A stretch of DNA of 64,000 nt, from the NCBI GenBank assembly GCA_004431415.1, contig QPMI01000117.1, forward strand, positions 310,001 to 374,000. Direction: 5' to 3'. The first letter of the stretch is position 1, and every line of letters starts with the position of its first letter. This document shows positions 38,044-50,273 of the stretch, piece after piece. Position numbers and translations under genes: made by a program. The DNA is from Cyanophora paradoxa CCMP329. Its lineage: Eukaryota; Plantae; Glaucophyta. The notes beneath the pieces are model-generated. The model saw only the letters and a program-made list of their open reading frames with translations, did no database searches and was not told where the DNA came from.

Positions 38044-38691
38044 TATCCGGGAGTCCCGGACCCGGGGGCCGGGACTCCCGGCCCGCCGTCTCCCGGTCCC
38101 CGGAGTCCGGACATCGACTCCGCCTGGAGAGTCCGCCAGGCTCTGTTACTGTAGGAATGCTTTTTTAGCCGATGTTTTAAATTGCCGTAAATTGCCGAGA
38201 GGCCGAATTCGGCAATTTAGACTCACGGCAATTCTCAGGGGGTAGGGCTATAGCTAAACGACTGCTTTTGTATGGCGCCATAGAAAAGATCCAGAGTTTC
38301 GGCAATTTATCGCCACGGCAATTCCGGTTTGGGTCGAATTCGGCAATTTAACTACGCGGCAATTTAAGCATCCCTACAGTAGTACTGTTAGACGTTTGCC
38401 GCCCCCACCGCACCGTGCCCCACGCGATAGACGTGGTCAAAGATTGACGAGCTGTGTAGCGTTACTATGAGGCATTACTATGGTAGCTATAGCGCCCCGT
38501 CTACGACCGGTAATGATGGTTTTAGTTAGACGAATCAACTCACTCGTCTATACGTATACTCGTCTAACTAAGAATCCGTCTAACATTCTCGCCTTACTAA
38601 GTTACCGTATACGCACACTGAGTCCCGGACTCCCCGTCCAGGAGTCCCGGAGGACCCGGACTCCCGGATCGGAGTCCCCGAGACTCCCGAG

Positions 38692-39469
38692 TAGGGCTGT
38701 CGTCAGTCACTGACAGTCACAGTCAGAGGGTCTGACTGACCTCACTGGGTCAGCTTTTGGCTGACTGACGTTTTCTCAGGCCGAAAACCGGATACGCTAG
38801 AGACGGTACTTTCTCAAGTCCCTCAATGCAAAAGAGCTGGTACTTTTTAACGACCGAAGGGGCCATGACATCATTTTTTTGGCACTTGGTCGCTTCGGTC
38901 GTTGGGCCCCTGACGCGGTTGCCATAGTAACCGCGTCAAAATTTTGAGCTCATCGCCTTGGTGACTGTTCGTGGAATCGAGCTCGATTCCAAGTCTCCAC
39001 ATTCCATGCTAGGTCCCGAGTTCGGAAAGAGACTTGGATAACCACCGAATCGGCCGGTATCCGGTTTTCGGCCTCAGTCCCATACAACACCCTGCTGGGA
39101 GCGCGTGCCCCCCTGTGGGCTTTTTCCCATCTAAAGCTGACGTGGGTCGACCAAAAAATGATCTTCTGTCGTCAAAATCTTCAAGAAACCGCCCATGTGC
39201 ATGGTAAGAGGCTAATGGAGTCTGACTTGCGCCTGGCGGGGGCCGAATCTCCTTTTCTCGTACTCTCTGCTCGCATAACGTGCCTGGCCTGATGCTTGGC
39301 AACTTGAATGAAGTAGATAGATCGCGCTTGGGTCAATTCCTGCCATTTCCTGGTCATTTTTCCCGGCTTTTGCACGGTAGCCTGACTGAACCTCGGGTTG
39401 ACTGATTCAGTCACAGTCAGGGGGGCTGACGGACTGGGTCAGCCGGGGGACTGACTGACGACAGCACTA
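38692..39469. mobile_element. Complete non-autonomous hAT element (778 bp)
   Basis: TIRs TAG(G/T)GCTGTCGTCAGTCA, 8-bp TSD CTCCCGAG at 38684-38691 and 39470-39477, subterminal CTGAC/GTCAG motifs. Confidence 0.92.
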
Positions 39470-39706
39470 CTCCCGAGTCCCGACTCCCGAGAGTCTGTTA
39501 AATGTTTGAGTCAGTGTACATGTTTGACACAGAAGCCTGACTCAGTGAACGGCCCTGAAGACGCGTACGGCAGGCGTCGGCAGCCTGGTCCGGCTGGCCG
39601 GGGCCGCCAGGCAGCGCTACCGTGTGACATAAAAATATGGCCGACACTGTGACAGGTTTATATCGTTATAAAACTTGACCCTTCTCTTGGTGAAATATGA
39701 CGGTCC

Positions 39707-42700
39707 TCCAGTTTGCTGATGATACTGTTCCCCTTATTGCCTCCTTTGCGGAATTCCCCATTTGGGACGCTCTCATTAAGAAATTTCAACGGTTAACAGG
39801 GGCGAAAATTAATCTCGAAAAATCGCATATACTACCCATGCACTCAAATTTATCTCTTCCACCTGATTGTCCTTTTGAGCGTATGAAGGTTGATCCTTCT
39901 GAGATTTCCGCAGATGCCAAGATCGCCAAATATCTCGGGTTCCCTCTGGAGCTAGTGCATGACCGGTTTTGGAATAAAAAGACTGCTGCTCTCGTTCTGC
40001 GCGCACAGTCAGTTAACCGGAATCGGATGCCTCTACGCTCTGGTGTTTTACTTGCGTGGGCTGCTATTGTGGGATCACTACATTATCCGCTGTATATTTT
40101 AGAACCGGGAGGTGATCGTTATAAAGCTTGGAGTAATTTAATCCGCAACTTTTCGGGTGTACGCGGCTCCGTATCTACATATGTTACGGCGCTTCCGTTT
40201 AAAGACGGTGGATTAAATTGCCCAGATATTGTTACGTTTTCGCTGGCTTTAAAATCTAAATGGCTTGCCTTCCTTAACGACCCGGCCTGTTCAGCTCCTT
40301 GGAAGGAATATATTCAATACCAAATAGACCGTCAGTTGGCTCCATTCTCTTATGCTAATGTCATTTTGGGGCTTGATGTGTCTGCCATCTTGCCAAGATT
40401 GCATTTGCCACCGCTTTGGCAGATGCTGTTTGAGGCGTGGCGAGATCGTCAAGCCGTTGCATCTCCTACAACCGTGCATCAAATTTTGACCCAGCCTATT
40501 TTTCTTAATCCTTTATATGTTCTTCCTAGTGACATTGCAGCACAGACACATACTGCGTTTGCGAGAGCCGGTGTACAGCGCGTCGCTGACATTTGGGATG
40601 TACAGTTGCACCGATTTCGTGCTCCCCCTGCAATGCTAGTTGATTATACTGCTGCCTTTGATCAAATTTGTCGTGCCCTGCCATCCAGTTGGCTTACAAC
40701 GCTTACTGCTAATGCCGTACCGGAACGTTTCTTATGGTATAAATCGAAAGATGATAAATATGTGTATCTGAGGGGTCCCTCGGGCTTTTTTGTGGCCTTC
40801 CTCTTTTTGAAGGTGAGATTGTCCCACGGGTGTTGGATTTCGTCCCGTGGCCCCGTGGCCGCCCTCCAGATCCGCTCTTGTACCCTGGCGTACCAGCTGG
40901 CCTCTTGCCGCTTCATGTGCTCTCCTCCCAGTATTTTATTTCTTTGCGCAGAGGTTCGCGTCCAATTCTGGTTTCGCTTGGCACGGGTTCGACAGCTACG
41001 CTTTCCTACAGCAATTTTGCTTTCACATTCGATAAGATGCTCACGCTTCAGGGCTTTTCTGTTCGGCGCTTTTACCAGCTCGAGGTACAGCGACTGTGGC
41101 GGGTGCGGAGTAGGGCTAAGATGCCTTCAGAACACTGGGGTCTGGATCTCCCTCTTAATCGCGTGTCTCAGCTCGTCGCCCTTCGTGCCTTTCCTATGCT
41201 GTGGCTCGATGTCCTCTTCCGTCTCCGATATAAGGCTTTCCCATCTTTACAACGGCCGCCGGTCGCGGCTATTTTCTGCCGCGCTTGTAATGATGGGCAG
41301 CATCGTTCAGTGCGGCACGTTTTCTTTGATTGCCCTGTGGTGCAGGGTTTTTGGCGGGCCATGCATGCTGAGCTCACATCCTTAGCAGAGGCTTTGCCCG
41401 AGGACGTGCAGCCCTCTTTACCATTGCCTCCTATTACGTTCTCCGCTATTCTAGATCCACAAGTTCCCGGTGTTGCGGGGACATTGATCACATCTTCTGT
41501 GGATGCCGATTTCTGTGTTCGGTATCTCGGTTATATTTTGGCGGGCATTTACGCAATTTTTCAGCTGTCCCGTGCATATCTCTCACCCGATAATTTACTT
41601 GCTGAGCGGGTACCAGTGTACTCCGTTAATGCTCTGCTAAACCTGTGGAAACGTTTTCTGGATATTCTCGAGATTACGTTGCCTCCTGCTGTCGAGCGCA
41701 TTGAGCTTCTTCGTTTACGGCATTTAGGGGAGGGCTCTGATTACGATGGTTCAAACCCTGAGTCACGTGACCGCCCTAGCCCCCCTCAATCTATTTTTGA
41801 TGCGAGCTTCTTTTCTGTGCGCGGAGCTATCCCTCTACAGCGCTCGGGCCCCCAGCAGTCGCGGTCCCGGGCCCCCTGCAGTCGCTACCCCTAGGCCTGC
41901 TGCTACAGTTAATGGCGTCGGCGTGAATCCTCAAGTTCAGCACATTGCGAGGCCATCTGCTAGCGCTGATACAGCTTCGGTCCCGGCTCCCTCGAGTTCT
42001 CGTTTGAGCTCGTCTGCCGATGCTAGCGCTAGCGCCGCTTCTGCCTCCACATTAATATGCCCTATTTGTGGAAAGAACTTTCAGTCTTCTGCTGATCGTG
42101 ACCGTCATGTTCGGGCTGATAAACATCCTGCTAACGCCCGTGGCGTTCGCCGACCTCGAACCCCCTCTAGTTCAGAGAATCCTCCAGATCCTGTGCCTCC
42201 TGCCCAGCGCCCCCGCCTCCAGTCTCCGGATCCGGCACCCCCAGTGCTTGCTCCAGCTCCTGCAGCTGCGGCTACATATGCCGAGCCCCGTCAGCCTGTT
42301 CCGACTTTGCGACGGATTCGCTCCCCTGCACCCTCACCGTCGCCACCTGCTCAGCGGCTCCGTACTTCCCTGCCCCCCCTAGTCCTTCTCTGATACCTTC
42401 CGTTTCACGAATCCGCCGCCCCGGTCTCCGTCGAATTCAACCTTGCCTCCCGATGCCGATCCGTCCCTGTCCATGTGTCTCGGCGCCTGCGGCTTTCCTC
42501 TCCTGTACCTTCGGCTTCCCCTCTGGCTGTCCCGCCAGATCCACCTCGCCCGCCGGTTCCTGCATGGCCCCTTTGATTCATGATAGTCTTGTATCAATCT
42601 TCGCTTCACCTCAACTTAGTTTACCCTCAGTTGTTTTGCCGTCACCTCCATCAGATGCTTCATCGATGTTAGTTAGGAGCACTGGCCCCCTCCACCTTCC

Positions 42701-43551
42701 AGTTCCTCGTGTATTCCATGCCTTCCCTGTACCTTTGATTCCGTTCCCTTTGTCGTTAGCTCTGCCTCTTCCTCCTCCATCTCTCACTGTTAGCCCTCAG
42801 GCAGTTCCGCCTCTTTATCTTCAGCGACCGTCAGACCGTATAGTTTTTGGCAGCGAGTATTTTGTGTATGGTGACGTTCCTCGTGTGTACCCTTCTCTCT
42901 CTTCTACTTCGCTATATTTGCCTCTCCCGCCTGGTTCAGCCCCATCGTCTGCCTTCCCTGTCACTACTGGCTTGCGTTTCGCCCCTCCTCTTATACTGCC
43001 GATTCCGAGTCTGCACCCGAGCTCTGCCCCTTTCCTCGTGTCGTCCCAGTTCCTCAGATTAGTCTTCAGCCGTCCATTGTTTTACCAACTCTACAATCTC
43101 GATTCCGTTTAGACACTCCGCCAGCTTCGACTTTCCCCTCTAGTGGTGTCCTACGTTTCGCCTCTCCTACTGTTCTACCGCCTTTGCCTCCTGCGACTAC
43201 GTCTTCTAGTTCTGCTGTTAGCTCTGTCTTGTCGTCTTCGTCTAGATCTTCGTCTTCGACTGTAGTTCCTCGTGCTCGTTCTCCTTATTTGCTGCGTCCC
43301 CGTGCTCCTCGTCGTTCTAGTGTGACTAGTACTTCTGCATCGACGCTCTTGAGCTCTTCTACTCCTTCTCCTCGTGCTCGTTCTCCTTATCTTTTGCGTT
43401 CTTCTGATCGTGTCCCTTCTCGTGATCCCTCTTGATTCTGTATATATTTTGTGCTAGTTTACTGTATCTTTGATTTGTGATTGCTTTGTTGTCTTTAATA
43501 TCACTACCTACGGGGGGTTCGCCCCACCGTAGTCTCTCAAAAAAAAAAAAA
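39707..43551 (+). mobile_element. 5'-truncated non-LTR retrotransposon (L1/Tx1-like), frameshifted
   Basis: RT motifs QFADD, KINLEKS, KYLG and LPFKDGGL; CCHC CRAC...HVFFDC; A13 tail at 43539-43551; 15-bp TSD GAAATATGACGGTCC at 39692-39706 and 43552-43566. Confidence 0.93.
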
Positions 43552-43750
43552 GAAATATGACGGTCCCAAATTATGTCGTCATGAAAGTTTCAGGCTTGTA
43601 TGGGACGGTAAATTTAAAATTTGGTGGGCCGGGGTATCACTGAGCGTGCCCTTCTATGACGGTCCCAAATTATGTCGTTATTTCACGTCCGAAGCGACAT
43701 AATTTGATCCCGACATAGTAAAGTGCCCATCATATAATAGACTCATATTA

Positions 43751-43953
43751 CTGTAAATGTAGAAATTTTCGTTGAGACTTAATTTCGAGAAAACCGCGAA
43801 TCCCCCATACTATAATAGAATGGACAGCCGTTAGTACCGCTCTCCATACAAAATTTCAGTTCAAGAGTATCAAATATTCGTCAAACCGCAGGTCTGACCG
43901 TCGGACGATTATAGACGAAATAAAGACGCTGTCGAAGATTCCTACGTTTACAG
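43751..43953. mobile_element. Small MITE with TA TSD
   Basis: TA-CTGTAAATGTAGAAATTTTCG...CGAAGATTCCTACGTTTACAG-TA. Confidence 0.8.
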
Positions 43954-44046
43954 TATTGTGTTACACGGTAGCAGAGTGGCCCTGACTGCGCGAGGTTAAC
44001 GTTGGCCGCGGCCTGCACCCGTCATTTCCGCGCCCTGCCCACGAGA

Positions 44047-45350
44047 ATACACTTACAGTGGCCGCGGATCAGACGAGCTAGCGCGGCAGAGCAACTTGGC
44101 AACGCGTACCGTAGTACGCAGCAGCCTGAGATCTAGAGCATACAGTTTCGTAGTCGACATGCCAGGGGAGACGAGGCTCACCACGTTCTCGAACGCGGAC
44201 TGCACGGGGACCACGACTTCTTCGACCTTTTCGGGGACGTTGACGAACGCAAAGATCACATCAGCTTGCAACAACAGCAATGTGTATGCTTACAAGGCGG
44301 AAGCGACCAAGACGGGAGGCACGACGCAGGTGAAACCTTTGATTTGCAAGTTGCGAAGCACGGGTCGGCGTCGCCGCTCACAACTACCGTCGTGTGCACA
44401 TGCGCATGCGTGTACGTAGGGGTGCACCATGTGGTACGCAGAGCAAAGCGGCGCTTGATCGGGGTGCTTCGTAATTATAAAGCTATATACATGACATGTC
44501 GCAGCACGAACAAGCCCCAGCCTCAGTACACGGTGAAGTTCTTCAAGAATCTCAACTGCACGGACTTCGATTGGTCGATGAGCTTCTATTTTGGTGATAA
44601 CAACAACAACTCAAAGATCGATCTTCTCCATGACGAGGCCCCGCATACTTGCGTGCGCGCATTTCGAACGTCTGCATTCGAATTCGACCATTTCGCGCCG
44701 TCTTCCCAATATTAATTGCAAACCGCGAACTGCTCAGACGAAATTCAAGCACGCGGCGTACACCATCGAACCTACGACCCCTGGCCTATCTGGGGTTGGT
44801 TGGTGCGTTGCGTTACCTATAGACATTCGATGATTCGACCCTCGATCTCACCATCGCGCTCGGTCCCATTTCCATGGCCAGCACGAAATGGTACTTTCTT
44901 GTTTTAAATTTACTGTTTTCTTTAGACATATTTTCTTAACGCGCACGTCGCGATCGCCGTTTTGAAATTGCGCAGTTATGTACGTGCATGCGCAACCAAT
45001 CATGCCTGTTTTAATTTCATCTGCTGATCATATACATCACGTGCAGTCCGATCCTCCGATCGCGTGCAATTTTGGGGCGGGAATGCTCGGCACCCTTATG
45101 TACAGATGTTCTGACGTGCGTTAATTAAAGGCGCTCAACGGCTGGCCAAACTTAAGCCTGTGACAGTATATATACGTCATCTATGTGTCTTATATTAATT
45201 CAATGCGTCATCGATATCGCAGAACGATACTTGTACCCCGAAGTACAAAACTGGCTGTACACGTAGTGTCTGTGATTGCGTCGGCGTAAGCGATACCTAC
45301 ATGGCTTATCCACTTAACTGCGGATCTGGAAAATACTACTCTCTAGGTAG
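44047..45350 (+). CDS. Fragmentary multi-exon gene for a Cys/Thr-rich, probably secreted protein
   Basis: Exon-like pieces TFSNADCTG, ACNNSNVY and KFFKNLNCTD. Start not identified; limits approximate. Confidence 0.4.
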
Positions 45351-48300
45351 GTTCTAAGTTTAATATTTACTACTCTCACTTTTTTTATACGCTCTAGACG
45401 TGTATATATATATATATATATATGATTCTAAGCCTTTCTTACAATTGCAAAATACTTTAATTTCCATCGCGTTCTGATTTTGTGACAACAACAGATGGCT
45501 ATGTTTGCAAAAAAGCCATGTTGGACGAGGACCTCCAAGTCGTCAATATCGATACGACTGTGGTGCGCGATCGCGAGATCTAGATCTGGACCGGAGCCTG
45601 CGCACACACGTAATTTCGAGCCGCTCAGTAACAGAAAACATATGTGCAGGATACCGAGTACGAGGTCGATTTTGAGAGTTTTGAGTTCGAGGAGGCGGCG
45701 ATGGCAGAGGGGTACGAGGAGACGGGTCCGGAGGGTCTCGCGGCTGCTTTTTAGTCTGGTATACGTAGATCTGGTTTTTGAGCAGTCTTGCTGCGATTTA
45801 GTCTGCTTTTAGGAAACATTGGATTTGAAAGGTCTTCGGTGCGATTGCAAATTAATATTGAAACTTGGCACTTCATGCTCTACACATGTGGAACTGCGGT
45901 AGCATGAGGGTTCGAGCCAGGGCTTGCTGTCATATATATATATATATATATAGTGTGCTAGTCCAATTGTGCTCAGCATGCATGCGCAGTTGCCAAGTTG
46001 GCCATGCATAGAAGGGGAAAGGTTGCGAACAGGACCAAGGTCGACCGCGAGTACCGAGGCTCGGCCCGGCGGAGGGCGAGGCCGGGGGCGGCGCCTCATG
46101 CGGCGCAGAGGGCGGCGCAGGCTGCAGCTGCTGCAAGCGAAAAGAGTCAGCTCGGATGGCGGGGAGGGGCGGCGCTCCAGCTGCTTCCCAGCGCACACGC
46201 GATTCTCGAAGGACAACGCCAAGAAGCGCGCCAGCGAGCGTTGCGGCTGGGCAAGGGGAGGGTCCCTCTGGATCCGCCCGCGTGCCCCGATTGCAAGTGT
46301 CGAGCCGGCTACGATCCCGACCAGTGCGTCGAGGGGGCCCAGCTCCCAAGTTCGACTGACGGCGGGACGCGCCTGCGCATGCGCTCGGCTCATCCGCTCC
46401 ATGGCCAGATCCCGCCCTCTGTCCGTGCCCGGCGGCCCGCGACTCAATTTAAAACGGCTTTAAAATACTAGGTCTTCGACTCGCCCCCGCCCCCGCTCGT
46501 CTCAGGAGGTGCAAGGTGGGGTCTAAAGTAGGGACGCTGACAGAATACAACAACTAAGTAACTTCAACGGTAGTAATCATTTGAATGCTCAGCGACTATC
46601 TATACAACTAAGTATAATGCTAGCTATAGGCGTAGGCGGCTAGGCCTGGGCCTGCGCGCGGCCGCCCACCGTGCCTCCGCCCCGCCCGGCGGACCGCACC
46701 GCCGCCCGCACCTCCGCCCCGCGCGCCGGTGCCCGGAGAGCTGCGCCGCCGCCCCGCTCGCCGCGCGCGCCTTCGCCCCGCGCGGCCCCCGCGCCCCGAG
46801 CCGCGCCGCCGCCCACCGCGCCCCGTCCCGCCTGCCGAGCCGCGCCGCCGCCTGCCGCGCAGCTGAGCTGCCGAGCGCGCGTCGCGCCTCCGAGGCTCCG
46901 TCCCGCTTGGCGAGCCGCGCCGACCGTTGCCCGACCGCCCCGCCCGTCATATGCATGGCGCCGGCCTCGCGTCGCGCAGCCGGCCGCTGCGCACTCCCGC
47001 TCGCCGCGCCTGGGCCGGGTTAGCCGAGCATGCGCAGCGGAGGGCGACATGTCCAGCTAGGGCCGCGCGGGCCAGGCGCGGCCGCGGGGACCGTCGGACA
47101 CGGGAGCTCGAGGGCGGTGGCGCGCGCGGCTCGCGCGCCGGCAGAGCGGAGCGCGCGCGCGCGGCGCGACGCGGCGCGCGCGACTCGGCGATTATGCTTA
47201 GCTGCGCTCTGCAAGCAGTGCATGCTGCCGCAGTGCAGTGCAGCTGCAGGCTGGCACATCGCGGTTGCGTGGGCGGCAATTGCAACTACCGTAGTAGTAC
47301 TAGTACGCCGGCAAGTCGTCGGCGCCGCAGCGGCGGCGACAACTCGCCGACAAGGAGCCTTGCGCGGGATACAGCAAAAAGAGACGTCCGGCGGCGCCGG
47401 CCTTATCCACAGCGGGGTACCACAAAAAGACTTATCGCCGACGGACAAAAGACCGACTTGCGAACTGGCCGACTTGGACAGCGTGACAGACAATCCGACG
47501 GGTAGCAAGGGGGGTTTGAGCAGCTGACCCCCCCTTGCAATTTATTTATCATGATTTGCTTTTGTAAACGATTTTCCGTCTTCTCCTTCTTGGGGAGAGG
47601 GGGGCCGGGGGGGGGGGGGGGGGGGGGGGAGCAGCGGTGGAAGCGGGGCTTTTTCGGAACTCTGATCTGAAAGGATTACGACATACGTATATACTAGCAC
47701 GCGGCGGCCTCTGCAGCTGCTCGGGCTCTGACTGGGCCGGCCGCCGGTTGGAAACGGGGTAGAGTAGTGATCATGAGGACCGGTGCCGGCGGCGGCGCGG
47801 CCCGGCGGGGCGCGCACGTGCGGCGCGGGCCCGCGCCTGCCGCAGTCACTGAGTGCGCATGCGCGCGCGCACTGCCGGCGCGGCCCCGCGCCTGCAGCTG
47901 CAGCCTGCAGCTAGCTATAGCGCTGTGCATGCGCAAATCATAGCTAGCCTAGTAGCCTAGTAGCGCTATAGTATGCATGCGCATATGCATGCGCATGCCG
48001 GCGCCGCGCCTGCCAACTGCCGCCGGCCGGCGCGGCGCCGCGCCCGCACTGCCGGCGCCTGCACTGCTAGCGCGCTGGTGACGCCTCGCGCGCAAGTCCA
48101 GCAAGCCGCTAGCCGGAGCTCAGCTATAGCTAGCTACGCTGGCCAGCTAGCGAACCTGTCGGCTAGGTTGACGGCTAAATCGTGCGATTGTACCCAGCAA
48201 AAACTCAAACTCGCAGGAGCTCTTTTTTTCGCGTTCGGTACAACAGGTACTTGATGCGGCCTAGCGCGCCACGCGCTGCTTCCCGAGCGCTGGCATGTAT

Positions 48301-48701
48301 GACATGCTCTGTCGAGCATCGCAAGAGCTTTCTTATGCACTTGGTCCGGCCTCTATACGACCACAGGATCAGGCGCTGCAAGGGATAGTCCAGGAAAGGG
48401 TCCGGTCCTTTTTTCCGCGCAGCATTCCGCTCTTTCCGGGTTCTGACAACAAATTCCGGGCTCTCATGCATGCACTAACACGTGGTTAAGAGCTCGGAGC
48501 TGGATCGGGAGATGAGCAGGACCGTCATTTTGTAAGTTACCGAAAACGGGGGCCCTACCCCGTTTCCAAAATTGAAGAAAACAAGCCGGCCGGGGGAGGG
48601 GGAGGGGGGGGGGGAGGGGGGGGCGTTTCTTGGGGACTCATTAAAAAGAATTCGACACTTATATTCATATTCAATCCCGGCAAGCCGCCCTAGGCCCGCC
48701 C

Positions 48702-50200
48702 CTACAGCTGCCCGCAGTCCTCGATGGTGATCACCTGCGTCGTCTGCCCGCCCCCCGTCCCCAGCGCCTCGATCTTCTTCACCTGCCAAAGGCGGGGGCG
48801 CGGCTTAGCGGAGGGGGTACTGTTGCAAGGGGGAAGGAGGAGGGTGTACCACATCCAGTCCCTCCACGACCCGGCCGAAGACGACGTGCTTCCCGTCGAG
48901 GCTGCGGGGGTACGGGGAGTCGGAAGGGGTACAGGAAAGCGCGGGGACGGAGGGGGCGCACTGGGGCGTCGCCTTGAATGTGATGAAGAACTGAATGGGG
49001 GGAAGGGGCGGGGGGGCGGGGAAGTGAGCAAGGGTACAGGAAATATCCTGCGGCGGCGGCTCGCCTGGCTCCCGTTGGAGTTCTTCCCCGCGTTGGCCAT
49101 CGAGAGCGTACCCGGCTGCTCGTGCTTCAGCTTGAAGTTCTCGCTGCCGGAGGGGTACAGCGATCAGGGCCAGGGGAGAGGTAGGGTACAGCGATCAGCG
49201 CCCGGGGAACCCCCCGCTCATATGAGCGCACTCCTTGAAGGTCTTGCCGTAGATGCTCTCGCCGCCGCTGCCCATGCGCGCCGACCCCGGCGGGCTCGTG
49301 AAATCGCCTCCCTAAGGGGCGTGGGGGTCGTGTAGGCGCGGGGGAAGGAACGGAGCCAGCGCGGCGGGGAGGGCGGGGGTGGGAGATGCTCTCGCCAGCG
49401 CGGCCCGGCGGCGGGAGAGCGCCGATGGGATTCGGATGGAGCCGGCTTCCGCGGGCCCCTAACCCCCTGCTTGAGGCCGGCACCCCGGGCCCTAACCCGC
49501 GCTCTGCCATCGCCCCCCGCGGGCTTCTCGGGTGACCCTATCGGGCCCAGCCATCGAGGGCGCCGGGCCGGGCCAGGCCCCGGGGCGGACCTGTGCCATG
49601 AAGTCCGGGATGACCCTGCGCGCGGCCCCGCGGCGCCTCGTCAGCCGGCGAGCCAAGGGGCGCGGCAGCGCCGCTGGGGCGGCGGCCCTCGCGCGCGCGC
49701 CTGTGGAACGTGCAGCCCTTGAACCTGCGGCGCGGCGCGGGGCGGGCCGCGGCGGCGTTGGAGGGGCGCGCGAGGCGGCGCGCGGGGGGGGCCCCGGGCG
49801 CACCAGAGCGGCTTGCCGGACTTGCCCTTGCCCTTCTCGCCTGCGCGGCGCGCGCGGGGGTCAGGAACGGCGCGGAGAGCGGCCCGCGCGCTCGCTTGTG
49901 CAGCGCGGCGCATGCGCAGCGAGAGGCGGAGCTACGCCCTCGCCCCCGGAAGCTTAGCTAAGCGACCGCAGCTGACGCCTCCAGCGCTCGGGGCGCCTCG
50001 CACCTGTGCAGAGCGCGCGGAAGTTCTCCGCGGTCTTGGGCACCTGCACGCGCGGCGTCGGCGTCGGCCGGCGGGCGATCGAACGAAGGGAAACGGCAGC
50101 GGACCACGTCAGCGAACAGCTCGATCGTGATGCGCCCGAGGGGCGTCCCCGGAGGCGCGGTCACGTCTAGGAAGACGCGCGGGTTCGGCTTGTCGCCCAT
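48702..50200 (-). CDS. Cyclophilin A-type peptidyl-prolyl cis-trans isomerase
   Basis: MGDKPNPRVFLD...GRITIELFADV VPKTAENFRALCTG EKG...FHR VIPDFMAQ GGDFT..GGESIYG..F.DENFKLKH..PGTLSMANAG.NSNGSQ FFIT..HVVFGRVVEG..CGQL. Confidence 0.96.
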
Positions 50201-50273
50201 CGCTGTGCTGCGCGCTGCTTGGATTGTCGCTAGAAGTGCGGATGCTCCTGCTTTGTCGAATTTTGGCTCGAAG

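Larger units (their letters stand above)
35690..38376. mobile_element. Degenerate non-autonomous DNA transposon (hAT-like) with long AATTGCCG-rich subterminal inverted repeats, containing nested inserts
   Basis: 35690-35910 is an imperfect reverse complement of 38160-38366. Right end reads TAGGGATG on the minus strand; left terminus eroded. Confidence 0.6.
39620..43968. mobile_element. TA-targeting MITE split by a LINE and a second MITE
   Basis: TA-CCGTGTGACA...TGTTACACGG-TA. Removing the inserts restores similarity to 36458-36726. Confidence 0.8.

Noticed and set aside
38385-38585. Solo LTR (TGTTAGACG...CGTCTAACA)
   Set aside because: Only a 9-bp inverted match and no target-site duplication.
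39697-39706. ATG start for the LINE ORF
   Set aside because: The ATG lies in the target-site duplication, and the element is 5'-truncated within RT.
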